This document shows positions 18,873 to 28,998 of a DNA stretch of 64,000 nucleotides, one piece after another. Source of the stretch: Bdellovibrionales bacterium (GTDB taxonomy: Bacteria > Bdellovibrionota > Bdellovibrionia > Bdellovibrionales > UBA1609). The notes under the pieces are model-generated. The model did not search any database. It had not been told where the DNA came from and worked only from the letters and a program-made list of their open reading frames with translations. The stretch covers positions 31,303-95,302 of the forward strand of contig JAHDFM010000006.1 in the NCBI GenBank assembly GCA_020628165.1, given 5' to 3'. Both the position numbers and the translations under genes were made by a program. Within the stretch, counting starts at the first letter, position 1; each line of letters starts with the position of its first letter.

Positions 18873-21737
18873 ATGGATGATAATAAATGGATTCTTCGCT
18901 CTGAAAAAGGGAAAATAACTGGCCCTTTCACTACTCGTGAAATTTTGCAAAAAATTAAAAGAAACGAGATCAGTGGTGCAGAGAGCATTTCAAAATATCC
19001 AGGCGGTGAGTGGCGACCGATCAGTCACAACTCAGAGTTTTATGATTTTTTGTTATCGCATTTGAGTCAGGCCAAGGTCTTTGACGATGATGAAACCAAC
19101 TGGGACATCACGCCAGATACAAAATCACTTAAATCAAAAAGTAATATTCCTGAGAAGTCTTTGTCGAAAGATGATGTCGAAGAAACTCCTGAGTTTCCAA
19201 AAGACGATGAGCTAATACCTTCAAAAGTTACTCACAAGCAACAAGTTTTTAAAGATAGCGACGGTTTCGATTTTTCAAAAAACATTGTTGATAAAATAAA
19301 AAAAGAAGAAAAACACCGAGAAAGAAAACAGGCGGCATCGAGCCAAAAATCAAAAAAACACAAAAAACCTAAGAAAAAAAAGAAAAGTCTTTTACCACTT
19401 ATTACAATTATAGCTGTTGCAGCTGCCATCATTTATGTTTTAGGCACTGTAAAACTTGAGACACTCGTCGAGAACCATGTGCAGTTGTTAGTGCCCGTAG
19501 AAAATATTCAGATGAAGCCTGAAGATGTAAAAGAAGTGGCCGAACAAGGAATCCGTGACTTCACTAAAGACACTTTTCAAGGATATATGAGTGCGCAAAA
19601 AAAATTCGTGCAAGTGTTAGAAGCCGACAAAACTTATGGTGATATTTTTTCACTTTTATGCTTATCACATTATAATCTTTGGAATTTCACTAGTAAAAAT
19701 GCAACGGCTCTTAAAAAAATCATTTCAGTTGTTAAACTGGTTGAACAATTCGACCCAAGAAGTCTTAATTTTTATAATTGCAATAATTCTTATTTGATAT
19801 TGAGTGGCAACACAGAAAAAGCTTATGAGAATTTAAAAAGCATCATAGATAAAAATGCTGACAGTCAGTCGCAACCCACGTTTTCTTATTATTTATTAAC
19901 TAAATTACTACAAAAAGATCAAAAGTACAGTGAAGCCATTGAGTATGCAGAAAGACTTAATAGTGTTTGGTCAGAGTGGGCTGCTGGTGATTTTTTAAAA
20001 GCCCAGCTTTATTTTGAGTTTGGTGAGCGCGATAAGGCCATACAAAGTTTTAAGAACATTTTGTCGGTGAATCCAAACAACAAAAAAGCTAGAGTTTATA
20101 TTGGCATGATGCGGAATAAATTCTATAAGCAGTTTGAAAAGTCGCAGGAAGAAATCAAGGCTTCATTAAAAATGCGAGGTCGTTTAGATCCCAATATTAT
20201 GGGCTTAGCTAATTATTATTTAGCAGACTCAAGCCTACAAATGGATAAAATGGAGGCTGCTCAAAAATATTCTGAGATGGCTTATAAGTTTTTTCCGACA
20301 GATAAAAAAATAGAAAGTCTTTATGTGAATTTTTTTGGAGAAGAAGGCAAGGTCACTTTGTCAGACATTTCTTATGTACAGCAAGGTGATCAGTTGTTTG
20401 CTAGCAAAGATTACAACGCAGCTCAAGCTTACTATAAAGAGGCTCTAAAAATTAATAACAAAAACACTGAGGCCGCTATAAAAGCTGCAAAGAGTTTGGA
20501 GAAACTCAACTTGGGTGAAGAGTCTGTTGAAATTCTCAAGCGCTCATTAAGCATAAACCCTGAAAGTGTTTATGTTTCAGTTTTACTTGCACGCTTTTAT
20601 ATGAAGCAATTTAAGTATCAAGAGGCGTTTGAAGTTTTAAACACAACCCACAAAAAGGTGAGGGGGCATTACAAAATATATCTAATGTTTGCTGAGGTTG
20701 AGTTAGAGCAACAGCATTTTATAGGCGCTATTAAATATGCCGACAAATCATTAAAAATTTATGGCGAAAACGCACAAGCCTTTGTCATTAAAGGACGGAC
20801 GTATTTGCTTATGAATGAAAATAAAAAAGCTTATTCAGAGTTTTTGCGGGCTATTGATCTTGAACCTAGTAATACTACTGCTAATGCTTATTTCATAAAA
20901 GCCTACTACCGAGTGCTCGGTATGGACGCAGCAGTACGTCGAGCAAAAAAACTCATCGCTCAAGACGAGACTCAATTGGCTTATCACCAAGTTTTAGGAG
21001 AGCTTTATTACGAAGACGAGCAGTTTACCCAAGCCGAGAGAAAATTTAAGCAGATCATAGAGATCGATAATAAATATGTAAAAGCCTATATTTGGCTAGC
21101 AGACACATATAGACAATTGCGCCAGCTGAACGATGCAAAGGTGAATTACTTTAAAGCTGTAAATATTGACTTACAAAATTCTGAGCCACAGTTAAAACTA
21201 GGGTTGCTCTACCTGGAAACTAAGAATTTCAAAAAAGCCATAGATCAGTTTAAAAACATCATGCGTTTGAATGAGAATGTGCCAAAGGTTAAATTCTATT
21301 ATGCCAAATCACTTTTTCATTTAAAGCAATATCAGAAAGCTCTTGAGCTTTTGAAAAAAGAAAAAATTGCCAACCCAAGCAATGTGGAGTCTTACTTGCT
21401 TGCTGGAGAGATTTACGAAATTTTGGGGCAGTATTTACTTTGCAAACGTGAATTTCAACAAGCGCTCAAATATCGTGAGTTTGGGCCGGCTTTTTATATT
21501 CTTGTGTCCAGGTGTCATAGGAAGTCGGGGTCTTTAGATGTAGCGGTGAATATGCTTGAAAAGGCGCGTGGGTTGTCTCCTAATTTGCCAGACATTTACC
21601 GTGAGCTTGGGGCTGTTTATGAAGCGAAATCTGACACTGAAAAAGCGGTTTGGTCTTATGAGCGGTATTTGTTTTTGGCTCCTACGGCGGTGGACTTTAA
21701 TCAGATTTCTAATAAAGTCCGCAATCTTTCTAATTGA
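18873..21737 (+). CDS. GYF_2-like N-terminal domain, TM helix, long TPR-repeat protein
   Basis: N-terminus W.L....G...GPFT..E....I......ISGAE.....GGEWRPI is GYF_2-like. K-rich linker, TM LLPLITIIAVAAAIIYVLG, then about 700 aa of TPR-like repeats. Confidence 0.85.
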   Translation: MDDNKWILRSEKGKITGPFTTREILQKIKRNEISGAESISKYPGGEWRPISHNSEFYDFLLSHLSQAKVFDDDETNWDITPDTKSLKSKSNIPEKSLSKDDVEETPEFPKDDELIPSKVTHKQQVFKDSDGFDFSKNIVDKIKKEEKHRERKQAASSQKSKKHKKPKKKKKSLLPLITIIAVAAAIIYVLGTVKLETLVENHVQLLVPVENIQMKPEDVKEVAEQGIRDFTKDTFQGYMSAQKKFVQVLEADKTYGDIFSLLCLSHYNLWNFTSKNATALKKIISVVKLVEQFDPRSLNFYNCNNSYLILSGNTEKAYENLKSIIDKNADSQSQPTFSYYLLTKLLQKDQKYSEAIEYAERLNSVWSEWAAGDFLKAQLYFEFGERDKAIQSFKNILSVNPNNKKARVYIGMMRNKFYKQFEKSQEEIKASLKMRGRLDPNIMGLANYYLADSSLQMDKMEAAQKYSEMAYKFFPTDKKIESLYVNFFGEEGKVTLSDISYVQQGDQLFASKDYNAAQAYYKEALKINNKNTEAAIKAAKSLEKLNLGEESVEILKRSLSINPESVYVSVLLARFYMKQFKYQEAFEVLNTTHKKVRGHYKIYLMFAEVELEQQHFIGAIKYADKSLKIYGENAQAFVIKGRTYLLMNENKKAYSEFLRAIDLEPSNTTANAYFIKAYYRVLGMDAAVRRAKKLIAQDETQLAYHQVLGELYYEDEQFTQAERKFKQIIEIDNKYVKAYIWLADTYRQLRQLNDAKVNYFKAVNIDLQNSEPQLKLGLLYLETKNFKKAIDQFKNIMRLNENVPKVKFYYAKSLFHLKQYQKALELLKKEKIANPSNVESYLLAGEIYEILGQYLLCKREFQQALKYREFGPAFYILVSRCHRKSGSLDVAVNMLEKARGLSPNLPDIYRELGAVYEAKSDTEKAVWSYERYLFLAPTAVDFNQISNKVRNLSN

Positions 21738-21799
21738 GTCCCTTTCTTTCTTTGTTTGCTTTTGTTCTTTCTGGTGGGAGTTGAGTGCTATCACCCAAA

Positions 21800-21907
21800 G
21801 AATTCAAACCCTTATGTCTCGTACTCAGACAGCCATGGGCAGCACCGCTCACCGATGGCGAGCAGCGCACCCATGGAACTGCGTGCGAGACATAAGGCTT
21901 TGATTTC
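21800..21907. other. 108-nt GC-rich extended hairpin (candidate structured RNA or terminator)
   Basis: The 22-nt outer arms are 20/22 complementary. Inner helices ccatggg/cccatgg and gctc/gagc. The core is far more GC-rich than its surroundings. Confidence 0.45.
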
Positions 21908-22235
21908 TTTTAGTGTTTAGATCCTATTTTTTTGGAAAGAACAAAGGGGGCGCACCTGTGAACAAGTTCTCGGTTGGGTGGGGTGTGATGTGGGTTTGCG
22001 GTGGTGAGTGGTAGTATTGTAGTTTTTATGGGTTTTGGGTTTGAGTTGTTTTGGTTGGATATCTTTCTTGGGGATGATTTTTGGTGTTGGGTTATGGCTT
22101 TTTATGTAATTTTTTTATTTCTTTTTTGTTAGGTTCTTGGTTTCTTATTTTTGGTCTTGTTAGTTCGAGATTGGCTTTCTTTTATTGGTCTCAATTGTTG
22201 CCTTTTTAATTGAGCTAGACTTATTTGCTTGAATC

Positions 22236-22541
22236 ATGCAAACTAGTTGCATGCAAGATTTATTGAGTGCGCCTCCTAAGAAGAAGATTAATTTTAATGA
22301 GATGTTTTGTTATGCCTTCAGGCTAACTATTGGTATGGGGCTTGGGATCATTTTGTCGGTTGCCAGTCAGGAGATCTGGGGTTTTGGTCAGATGTTGAGT
22401 ATTTTTATTGTCTTGTCCTGTGTGTTTTTAGTTTTGCGTATCACTAGGAAGTGGAGCCTAGCCAAGGTTTCCATTTTGGGTGTGAATTTTGTTTTATTTT
22501 TTGTGTTTTTACAAACTTATATCAGTGTGGCTCCGGAATAA
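22236..22541 (+). CDS. Hypothetical small membrane protein (uncertain)
   Basis: 101-aa ORF with three hydrophobic stretches. No SD sequence. Its composition continues the G+T-rich tract upstream. Confidence 0.35.
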   Translation: MQTSCMQDLLSAPPKKKINFNEMFCYAFRLTIGMGLGIILSVASQEIWGFGQMLSIFIVLSCVFLVLRITRKWSLAKVSILGVNFVLFFVFLQTYISVAPE

Positions 22542-22544
22542 AAA

Positions 22545-23864
22545 ATGATTGATTTTAAAAAACTAACTGCAGATACCGTCGACGAAAAGTATGGAGAGGT
22601 TTTTTTCAAAGCCTATAAAAATAATTTAATCCATCGTGGTGATAATGCCGACGATTTAGATGTCATTATGGGTTTAATTGCTGAGCGCAAAAAAGCCATC
22701 AATGATTTTGAAACTTCTAAGGCGGAGCAAAATAAGTTTGGTCAAGAAATAGCTCAGCTTAAAAAAGCAGGGGAAGACGCTGCGTCTGCAATTCAAGGCT
22801 TGCAGGAGATCAAACAAAAAAATAAGTATCTTGAAAAAAAACTGGAAGACATTGAAGTGCAGTTTAACGACAAACTTGCGCGCATTCCTAATATGTGTCA
22901 TCCGGATGTTCCTGTAGGAAAAGATGAAACTGAGAATGTTGAAGTCAAAACTGTCGGTGAAAAAAAGAGTTTTGCTTTTCCGGTTAAAAATCACATTGAG
23001 CTGGGACAAGACTTAGACATCATTGACTTTGAAAGAGCGGCTAAAGTAACTGGAGCTCGTTTTGCTTACTTAAAGGGTGCGGGTGCTGCTCTTGAGAGAG
23101 CTTTGATTCAGTTTATGTTAGACATTCATGTGAGCCAACACGGTTATCGTGAGATCATTCCGCCTTACATCGTTAATAGCAATAGCCTTTATGGCACAAG
23201 TAACTTTCCAAAGTTCAAAGAGGATGTGTTTCATTTAGAAGGCACTGATTATTATTTAATTCCTACATCTGAAGTTTCTGTGACTAATATTTATGGTAAC
23301 GAAATTTTAAAGGAAGAGCAGTTGCCACAAAAGTATGTGGCCTTTTCACCGTGTTTTCGTTCTGAGGCTGGTAGTTACGGAAAAGACACTCAAGGTCTTA
23401 TTCGACAACATCAGTTTCATAAGGTAGAGCTATTAAAGTTCACTCATCCTGATAAATCTTATGAAGAGCATGAGCTCCTTACTAAAAATGCTGAGAAGAT
23501 TTTAGAAGATCTTGAGATTCCTTATAAAAGAATGCTTTTGTGCACTGGGGATATCTCGTTTGGGGCGGCCAAGTGTTTTGATTTAGAGGCTTGGTTACCG
23601 GGGCAAGAGAAGTACCGCGAGATTTCTTCGTGTTCAAACTTTGAAGACTTTCAAAGTAGGCGAGCTAATATTCGTTTTCGACCAAGTGGTGAAAAGGCAA
23701 AGCCTCAGTTTGTTCACACCTTGAATGGGTCAGGGCTTGCTGTGGGCCGAACTTTAATTGCCGTATTAGAAAATTATCAACAAGAAGATGGATCTATTAA
23801 AATTCCAGACGCATTAAAAAACTATATGGGCGGTCGGGAGTTTATTAAAAAGGAAACACCATGA
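22545..23864 (+). CDS. serS: Seryl-tRNA synthetase
   Basis: 439 aa. N-terminal coiled-coil arm and class II core ([33 protein letters not shown]). Confidence 0.97.
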   Translation: MIDFKKLTADTVDEKYGEVFFKAYKNNLIHRGDNADDLDVIMGLIAERKKAINDFETSKAEQNKFGQEIAQLKKAGEDAASAIQGLQEIKQKNKYLEKKLEDIEVQFNDKLARIPNMCHPDVPVGKDETENVEVKTVGEKKSFAFPVKNHIELGQDLDIIDFERAAKVTGARFAYLKGAGAALERALIQFMLDIHVSQHGYREIIPPYIVNSNSLYGTSNFPKFKEDVFHLEGTDYYLIPTSEVSVTNIYGNEILKEEQLPQKYVAFSPCFRSEAGSYGKDTQGLIRQHQFHKVELLKFTHPDKSYEEHELLTKNAEKILEDLEIPYKRMLLCTGDISFGAAKCFDLEAWLPGQEKYREISSCSNFEDFQSRRANIRFRPSGEKAKPQFVHTLNGSGLAVGRTLIAVLENYQQEDGSIKIPDALKNYMGGREFIKKETP

Positions 23865-24088
23865 GAGCTGTATTAGTATTACTGATGAGTTTATTTTTAA
23901 TATCTTGTGCTGGAATGAGTGAACAAGAGTGCACCACAATGAATTGGTACAAAAAAGGAATCTCTGACGCCAAAGCGGGCTTGCCACCAAGCACCTATGG
24001 TGCTCACAAAGAGACTTGTTTAAGGTTCGGTATTTCCTTTGACAAAGACGCCTATATTGACGGCTATGAGAGCGTAAAGAACAAATAA
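23861..24088 (+). CDS. Small lipoprotein (DUF2799-like)
   Basis: Lipobox LISC, then W..G..D...G pattern. ATGA overlap with the serS stop. Confidence 0.65.
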   Translation: MRAVLVLLMSLFLISCAGMSEQECTTMNWYKKGISDAKAGLPPSTYGAHKETCLRFGISFDKDAYIDGYESVKNK

Positions 24089-24166
24089 AAATTTTTTGAT
24101 TCTGTTCAATATAACTAAACGTCAATTTAGAATTTAATAATGATCCTTATAAAGATTCAACAGAAT

Positions 24167-24814
24167 TTAATTATTACTTTTAATTTTAACCAGGACTTCA
24201 TTTCGTCTTAAAAAAGGCAAAGTGAAGGGTGGGTCGTAGCCGGCAAATACGGGTGGCGAGATCATTTGATATTTTTGTTGAGTGTTTAACCATTCGAGCA
24301 GCTTTTTCTTATTCGCTTTTCTGGACTCCAGAGAATCAAAAGAGCCTGTGTATCTAACAACTGCATATAGGGTTTCGTCGTTTTGAATGATTTGAACATT
24401 GTTGCTGAGAGGCTGAGGTAAAGTTTCGAGAGTGTACTTTTTGGGCATGCTGAACGACATGGTCCATTCGTTGTTATCATTGCTTTCAAGCACAACTGGA
24501 GCCGTCATTGCGATCTTTTCACTTTTATTTGAGTCTGGTTTGTTCATGACTACAGGTGCCGTCATAGCAATTTTTTCTTTTTGTTTATTCTTACCAAAGA
24601 TATAGCCAGCTAATTCACCAAAAAGTTGCCCATCAATTTCATCATAGTCGCCGCGCATAGTTGCTTGTGCAGAGATATAAGGGTTGTACTTTCTGATTTC
24701 AACATCATTGATTTTTTCAATCACAGTGTAATCAAGTTCTTCAGCTGTGCGAACACCAAACACAGAACAAGATGATGATAATAAACTCACTAAGATTAAT
24801 AGACCTTTTTTCAT
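24167..24814 (-). CDS. SOUL/HEBP-family heme-binding-like lipoprotein
   Basis: Two IAMTAPV motifs, Y.V.......E.R.Y, lipobox LSSSC after the MKKGLLIL start (an internal ATG of the listed ORF). Confidence 0.8.
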   Translation of the reverse strand: MKKGLLILVSLLSSSCSVFGVRTAEELDYTVIEKINDVEIRKYNPYISAQATMRGDYDEIDGQLFGELAGYIFGKNKQKEKIAMTAPVVMNKPDSNKSEKIAMTAPVVLESNDNNEWTMSFSMPKKYTLETLPQPLSNNVQIIQNDETLYAVVRYTGSFDSLESRKANKKKLLEWLNTQQKYQMISPPVFAGYDPPFTLPFLRRNEVLVKIKSNN

Positions 24815-24937
24815 GATGAATCCTTTTTTATATTCTAAACTGACGTCATAGAAGTTCAAGCTTCATTTCTAATGATCATAAAATAGTAAAAACTAGAAGG
24901 AAAAATATATTTCTTAAAAGACACAAAGCGTATGTGC

Positions 24938-25879
24938 TTATCTGTAAGGTCTGTTATTGGGGGTTAAAGACTTGTAGTCTTTCTCGGTCATTAGTTTTAC
25001 CCGCACTCCTTCATTTAGAAGTAAACTGACCAATCCGTTTCTACCAAATAAATGAAGTTGGCCAACTGAGATAAAGGCATCACCTTGAACACATAAATTT
25101 TTGATTGTTGGTAGCCAATGTTTGTTTCGATAAATCATGTCATCACTATCTGATCCATGAAAGTAATCCTCAATCGAGATTTGGCCTTTCTTGTATTGTT
25201 CTATGCTTTGTTTGAAACTGTCTAAATAATTTTTAAGTTTTTCGCCATCATTTTTCAGCCAATAAGAACTTGGCATTATAAAGCTGTCATCTCCAAATTC
25301 TTTTAGCTCTTTTTGTCTTGCAACTTGGCGGATATGATCATCTTCAAGATAAGTGACGGTTTTATTAAGTGCCGTGCTCGTAGTATGAAGTTCTAAGTCT
25401 AACTGGGTTATTGACTTTGTCTGAATTAGGTACAATGTTGGTATAAATTCTAAGAATTTTTCTTTTATATCTTTCGGGCAAGTTTTTAGTTCAAAACCAA
25501 TGTTGGCAAGAATTTGCAGCTCTGTTTTGTCTAGGACTTGAGAACAAGGCGCAACGTTTTCATTGTTCGCTTTGCCAACTCTGCCAGTTTTAAGAAAATC
25601 TGCAAACATAACTTTTCTTTCATTGTATTTAACTGGATTTTCATAAGTCTGATAATGTTCATAGGCATGAAAACGTGTTTGGTCATGTAGTGAGGTTATC
25701 CAAGGTTCTAAATCTGTAGGCGCTACTTCTATATGAATAGTACCAAGGAGATAACTTAGCTTCCCGTTACAGTTAAGGGAATAAATGAAAGAGCCATGGT
25801 GAAATATATTATCTGAACCAGACGATGCATACATTGGTAATGCACAAATTAAAGATATTAAGAACAATAGGTATTTCAT
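24938..25879 (-). CDS. TraB/GumN-family protein
   Basis: LLGTIH near the N-terminus and VGQLHLFGRNGLVSLL near the C-terminus. Signal peptide after the MKYLLFL start. Confidence 0.7.
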   Translation of the reverse strand: MKYLLFLISLICALPMYASSGSDNIFHHGSFIYSLNCNGKLSYLLGTIHIEVAPTDLEPWITSLHDQTRFHAYEHYQTYENPVKYNERKVMFADFLKTGRVGKANNENVAPCSQVLDKTELQILANIGFELKTCPKDIKEKFLEFIPTLYLIQTKSITQLDLELHTTSTALNKTVTYLEDDHIRQVARQKELKEFGDDSFIMPSSYWLKNDGEKLKNYLDSFKQSIEQYKKGQISIEDYFHGSDSDDMIYRNKHWLPTIKNLCVQGDAFISVGQLHLFGRNGLVSLLLNEGVRVKLMTEKDYKSLTPNNRPYR

Positions 25880-26359
25880 TACATAAATTATTTGCAACTT
25901 GTAGGCCAGAATCTATTGAAAAACACATCCTTATTAACAGAGTTTTATCGATAAGACTTTAACAATTGACAAAAAATGGCACTATTTATCGATCTAAATC
26001 TTAGTAAAAATAAGTAGTTAAATTAAATAATAAGCAGGGTTAAGCCGCAGGTCATGAAGCTCGGAAGAGTGATGGAAATCATTGGATTCGCCTCTCCCAA
26101 ATGACTCCTTTTTTTATTTTGGGAACTAAATTTTAGAAAGGATTTTACATTAGAACTCACTATCCCAAAATTTACCCTTTTACATAAAATTTATTAAATG
26201 TGTTTTGATCCAAACTCAAATCATTTTCTTATTCTGTTAAAGATTTAGACCTTTCAAAACAAATAATGAGAATAGGAGTAAAAGACACTAAGCAAAAAAT
26301 TAATAAATTCTATTTGTATCAGGATTGATTCTACAAAAGATTAGGAAATACAACCTTAG

Positions 26360-26449
26360 TGGCGGAGAGCGGGGGATTCGAACCCCCGAAACCCGTGAAG
26401 GTTTGCCAGTTTTCAAGACTGGTGCATTCAACCGCTCTGCCAGCTCTCC
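26360..26449 (-). tRNA. tRNA-Ser (anticodon UGA)
   Basis: Hand-folded cloverleaf: acceptor GGAGAGC/GCTCTCC, anticodon loop CTTGAAA, long variable arm, TTCGAAT T-loop, encoded CCA. Confidence 0.9.
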
Positions 26450-26739
26450 GTCGACCAATCTATTGGTTTGTTACGCACTAGGCAAGTGAATTGATTTCAA
26501 TCAAATCAACATATTGCGACGAGTAAATAACTAAAAATATATTAAATTTTTAATCTCAACGCTTCTGTGCTTGATACATAAGTAACTGTAATAACTAATT
26601 ATTTTTAAATCACCGAGCTATTTTCATTAAGGGCGCTTCCGATAGTCTTCAGTGATAGTTGAGTTCGCTGCTCATAGAGGATAAATAGCCCAGATGAAAG
26701 CAATAAATATTATTCATTGCCATTGAAGGAGCATCATCT

Positions 26740-27066
26740 TTGGAGCAGAAAAAATCATTAAACCTCATTGTGCCTGCGTTGATATTGTTTACGCTGGTTT
26801 TTGTTTATTATTTTCCCCGTTTTTTAATTGATAGCCTAGGCGAAGCAAATCCATGGACGAGCTATCTCTACCTTTATGGTTTTGGTGGTTACTTTTTTAT
26901 GATTGGTCTTTTACTCATAACTAAAACAGGGTCGTGCAAGTTTGGTCGAGGTAGAGACACTAAGTGGTTCACCATTTTGTGCTCTGGTTTTATTGCGCTT
27001 ATGACTTTGCACGCCGTTTGGATCCATTTGGCCTTAAGTATTCCAGTAAAAAGTGGGGTGAACTAA
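26740..27066 (+). CDS. Small membrane protein coupled to the SSS transporter
   Basis: TTG start with GAAGGAG upstream, three hydrophobic helices. Its stop abuts the transporter ATG. Confidence 0.6.
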   Translation: MEQKKSLNLIVPALILFTLVFVYYFPRFLIDSLGEANPWTSYLYLYGFGGYFFMIGLLLITKTGSCKFGRGRDTKWFTILCSGFIALMTLHAVWIHLALSIPVKSGVN

Positions 27067-28998
27067 ATGAAAGATTTAAGCAGTTTAAAAGATCTTGGTT
27101 TAGAAACAAGTGACACGATCATTATTGGTGTTGTTGTTTTAGCTTTCATTTTAACCGTACGAGCTTTCGGAAGTTACTTCGCGAGATTTAATAACAACAT
27201 CAATGATTTCTTTTTCAGTGGTCAAAGATTTTCATGGTGGTTGCCTGCTGCTAGTATGGTGGCTACGGGCATTGGTTCTTATAGTTTTTTAAAATACTCT
27301 GAGCAGGGCTACAATACCGGCATGAGTAGCACCATGACATACATGAACGATTGGTTTGCCGTTCCGTTTTTTGTTTTTGGTTGGTTGCCGATCATTTATT
27401 TTTCGCGCATCAAATCTGTCCCTGAATATTTTGAACGTCGTTTTAACACCTTTGCAAGATACATCGCTTTAGTGATTCTTCTTGCTTATATGTTCTTTTA
27501 TATTGGATACAACTTCTTTACATTGGGTTTGGTTTTCGATGAGCTTTTTGGCATTAGCCAGATGTACTCTATTCCGATCATTGGAATTTTCATTGGTGCT
27601 TATGTGACCTTCGGTGGTCAAACAGCCGTGATCTTCACCGATTTATTTCAGGGGATCATGCTTTATGTGGCAGGCTTTATTGCTGTGTTTGCAGGTATCT
27701 ATGCCCTTGGTGGATTTACTGAGTGGTGGGGTTGGTTGCCAGAAAGTCACCGACTTCCATTTGTACATTTAACAGACAATCCAAAGTTTAATACCGCTGG
27801 TTTATTCTGGGGAGAAGCTCTCGCAGGAAGTATCGCCTTTGGTTTTATGAACCAAGGATTCTTAATGCGTTACTTAAGTATCAAAAGTGTAGATGAAGGC
27901 AGAAAGGCTGCGTTCTTTAACGTGCTTGTAACATTGCCAGTGTCAGCGATCATTGTTGGTGCCGTTGGTTGGATCGCAAAATCATTGATTATGAAACAAG
28001 CCGCAGAAGGCGGAATCTCAGGTTATGAGTCATTTCAAATCACAGATACTTTCGTAACTTTTTTAATCGTGTGCTGGACAACAGTGAAACAAAATCCATG
28101 GGTTTTTGGTTTTGTTTTATCAGCACTTTTAGCTGCACTGATGTCAACAACAGACACTTTGATCAACGCCTGCGCTGCTGTCGGAATTTACGATCTATAT
28201 AAACCCCTCGTTAAAAAAGACGCCGACGATGCCCATTACTTAAAAGCAGCAAGATGGGTGTCAGTAGTGACAACAATCATTGGTATGTTGTTGGTCGTCT
28301 GGTTCGTTAACCAAGACGGCAGTTTGATGTCGATTCACTATAAAGGAATCATGATCATCATCCCAGCCATTGTAACCACCATTTTCTTAGGCGCTTTCTG
28401 GCGTAACTTCACTGCCTTAGCAGCCTGTGTGTCCATGATCGTGGGCAGTGTAGTAACAGTGATGAGTGTTTGGTCCCCAGAGTGGATCGATGGTTTAGCC
28501 GCATTTGTATCTGGCCCACAAAATGGAAAATATTATTATATGCGCGCCTTATTTGGAATGCTACTAACAGGCACAGTGGGTGTTGCCGTCACGTTAGTGC
28601 AACATTGGTTTTTTCCAAAATCAGTTAAAGATAATCTAGAGCGCTCAAATGGTTTAACCATAGACACCCTAGATAAAGCCATGGAAAATTACAAAGACGG
28701 TATACCAAACCACGAAATTGGTGAAAAAGTTTACGAGCTCAACATACAAATCGATGATAGCTTAGAAAAAAACTACGTCTCCATGAACGCCGCCAATTTA
28801 GAAACCCTGAAGGCAAAAGATGAAGACCTAGTTTATATAGCAGACAGCAGATGGTATCTAGGAGGCTTAAGATCTAACCACGTAAAAGTAAAACTAGACA
28901 ACACCCTAGAAAACCAAACAATAAAAATGTCAAAAGCAACTCACACAGAGGCTTATTTATTGGAAGGTAAAAAACTAAACATAGAAAAAATCTTCTAA
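27067..28998 (+). CDS. Sodium:solute symporter (SSS) family transporter with an extra C-terminal soluble domain
   Basis: 643 aa with about 13 hydrophobic helices and SSS-like motifs (GGQTAVIFTDLFQG). The last 110 aa or so are hydrophilic. Confidence 0.9.
   Translation: MKDLSSLKDLGLETSDTIIIGVVVLAFILTVRAFGSYFARFNNNINDFFFSGQRFSWWLPAASMVATGIGSYSFLKYSEQGYNTGMSSTMTYMNDWFAVPFFVFGWLPIIYFSRIKSVPEYFERRFNTFARYIALVILLAYMFFYIGYNFFTLGLVFDELFGISQMYSIPIIGIFIGAYVTFGGQTAVIFTDLFQGIMLYVAGFIAVFAGIYALGGFTEWWGWLPESHRLPFVHLTDNPKFNTAGLFWGEALAGSIAFGFMNQGFLMRYLSIKSVDEGRKAAFFNVLVTLPVSAIIVGAVGWIAKSLIMKQAAEGGISGYESFQITDTFVTFLIVCWTTVKQNPWVFGFVLSALLAALMSTTDTLINACAAVGIYDLYKPLVKKDADDAHYLKAARWVSVVTTIIGMLLVVWFVNQDGSLMSIHYKGIMIIIPAIVTTIFLGAFWRNFTALAACVSMIVGSVVTVMSVWSPEWIDGLAAFVSGPQNGKYYYMRALFGMLLTGTVGVAVTLVQHWFFPKSVKDNLERSNGLTIDTLDKAMENYKDGIPNHEIGEKVYELNIQIDDSLEKNYVSMNAANLETLKAKDEDLVYIADSRWYLGGLRSNHVKVKLDNTLENQTIKMSKATHTEAYLLEGKKLNIEKIF

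Noticed and set aside
21556-21903. 115-aa + strand ORF overlapping the 3' end of the TPR gene and the hairpin
   Set aside because: It is out of frame with a well-supported gene and reads through a structured palindrome. It has no SD and a Cys/Arg/Trp-rich nonsense composition.
21800-21907. Hairpin as SRP (4.5S) RNA, fluoride riboswitch or integron attC
   Set aside because: The apex is a GAT/ATC triloop without the GNRA loop and AGCA/GGAA symmetric-loop signature of SRP domain IV. There is only a chance GATGG match to crcB. The ends do not fit RYYYAAC/GTTRRRY. It remains unclassified.
22001-22132. Hydrophobic mini-ORF (34-43 aa, MGFGFELFWLDIFLGDDFWCWVMAFYVIFLFLFC) in the G+T-rich tract
   Set aside because: There is no SD before either candidate start. 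Any frame of G+T-rich DNA encodes Phe/Leu/Val/Gly/Trp, so hydrophobicity is not evidence of coding.
24490-24600. Duplicated KIAMTAPVV segment in the SOUL protein as a recent tandem duplication
   Set aside because: Two IAMTAPV motifs are, as far as I recall, a normal feature of SOUL/HEBP proteins. The two DNA copies differ at many synonymous positions.
26560-26739. Riboswitch in the leader of the membrane-protein/SSS operon
   Set aside because: Some pairing is possible (gctatt/aatagc, gcaat/attgc), but I could not match it to glycine, guanidine, Na+ or other known aptamer consensus sequences. It needs an Rfam scan before any claim.
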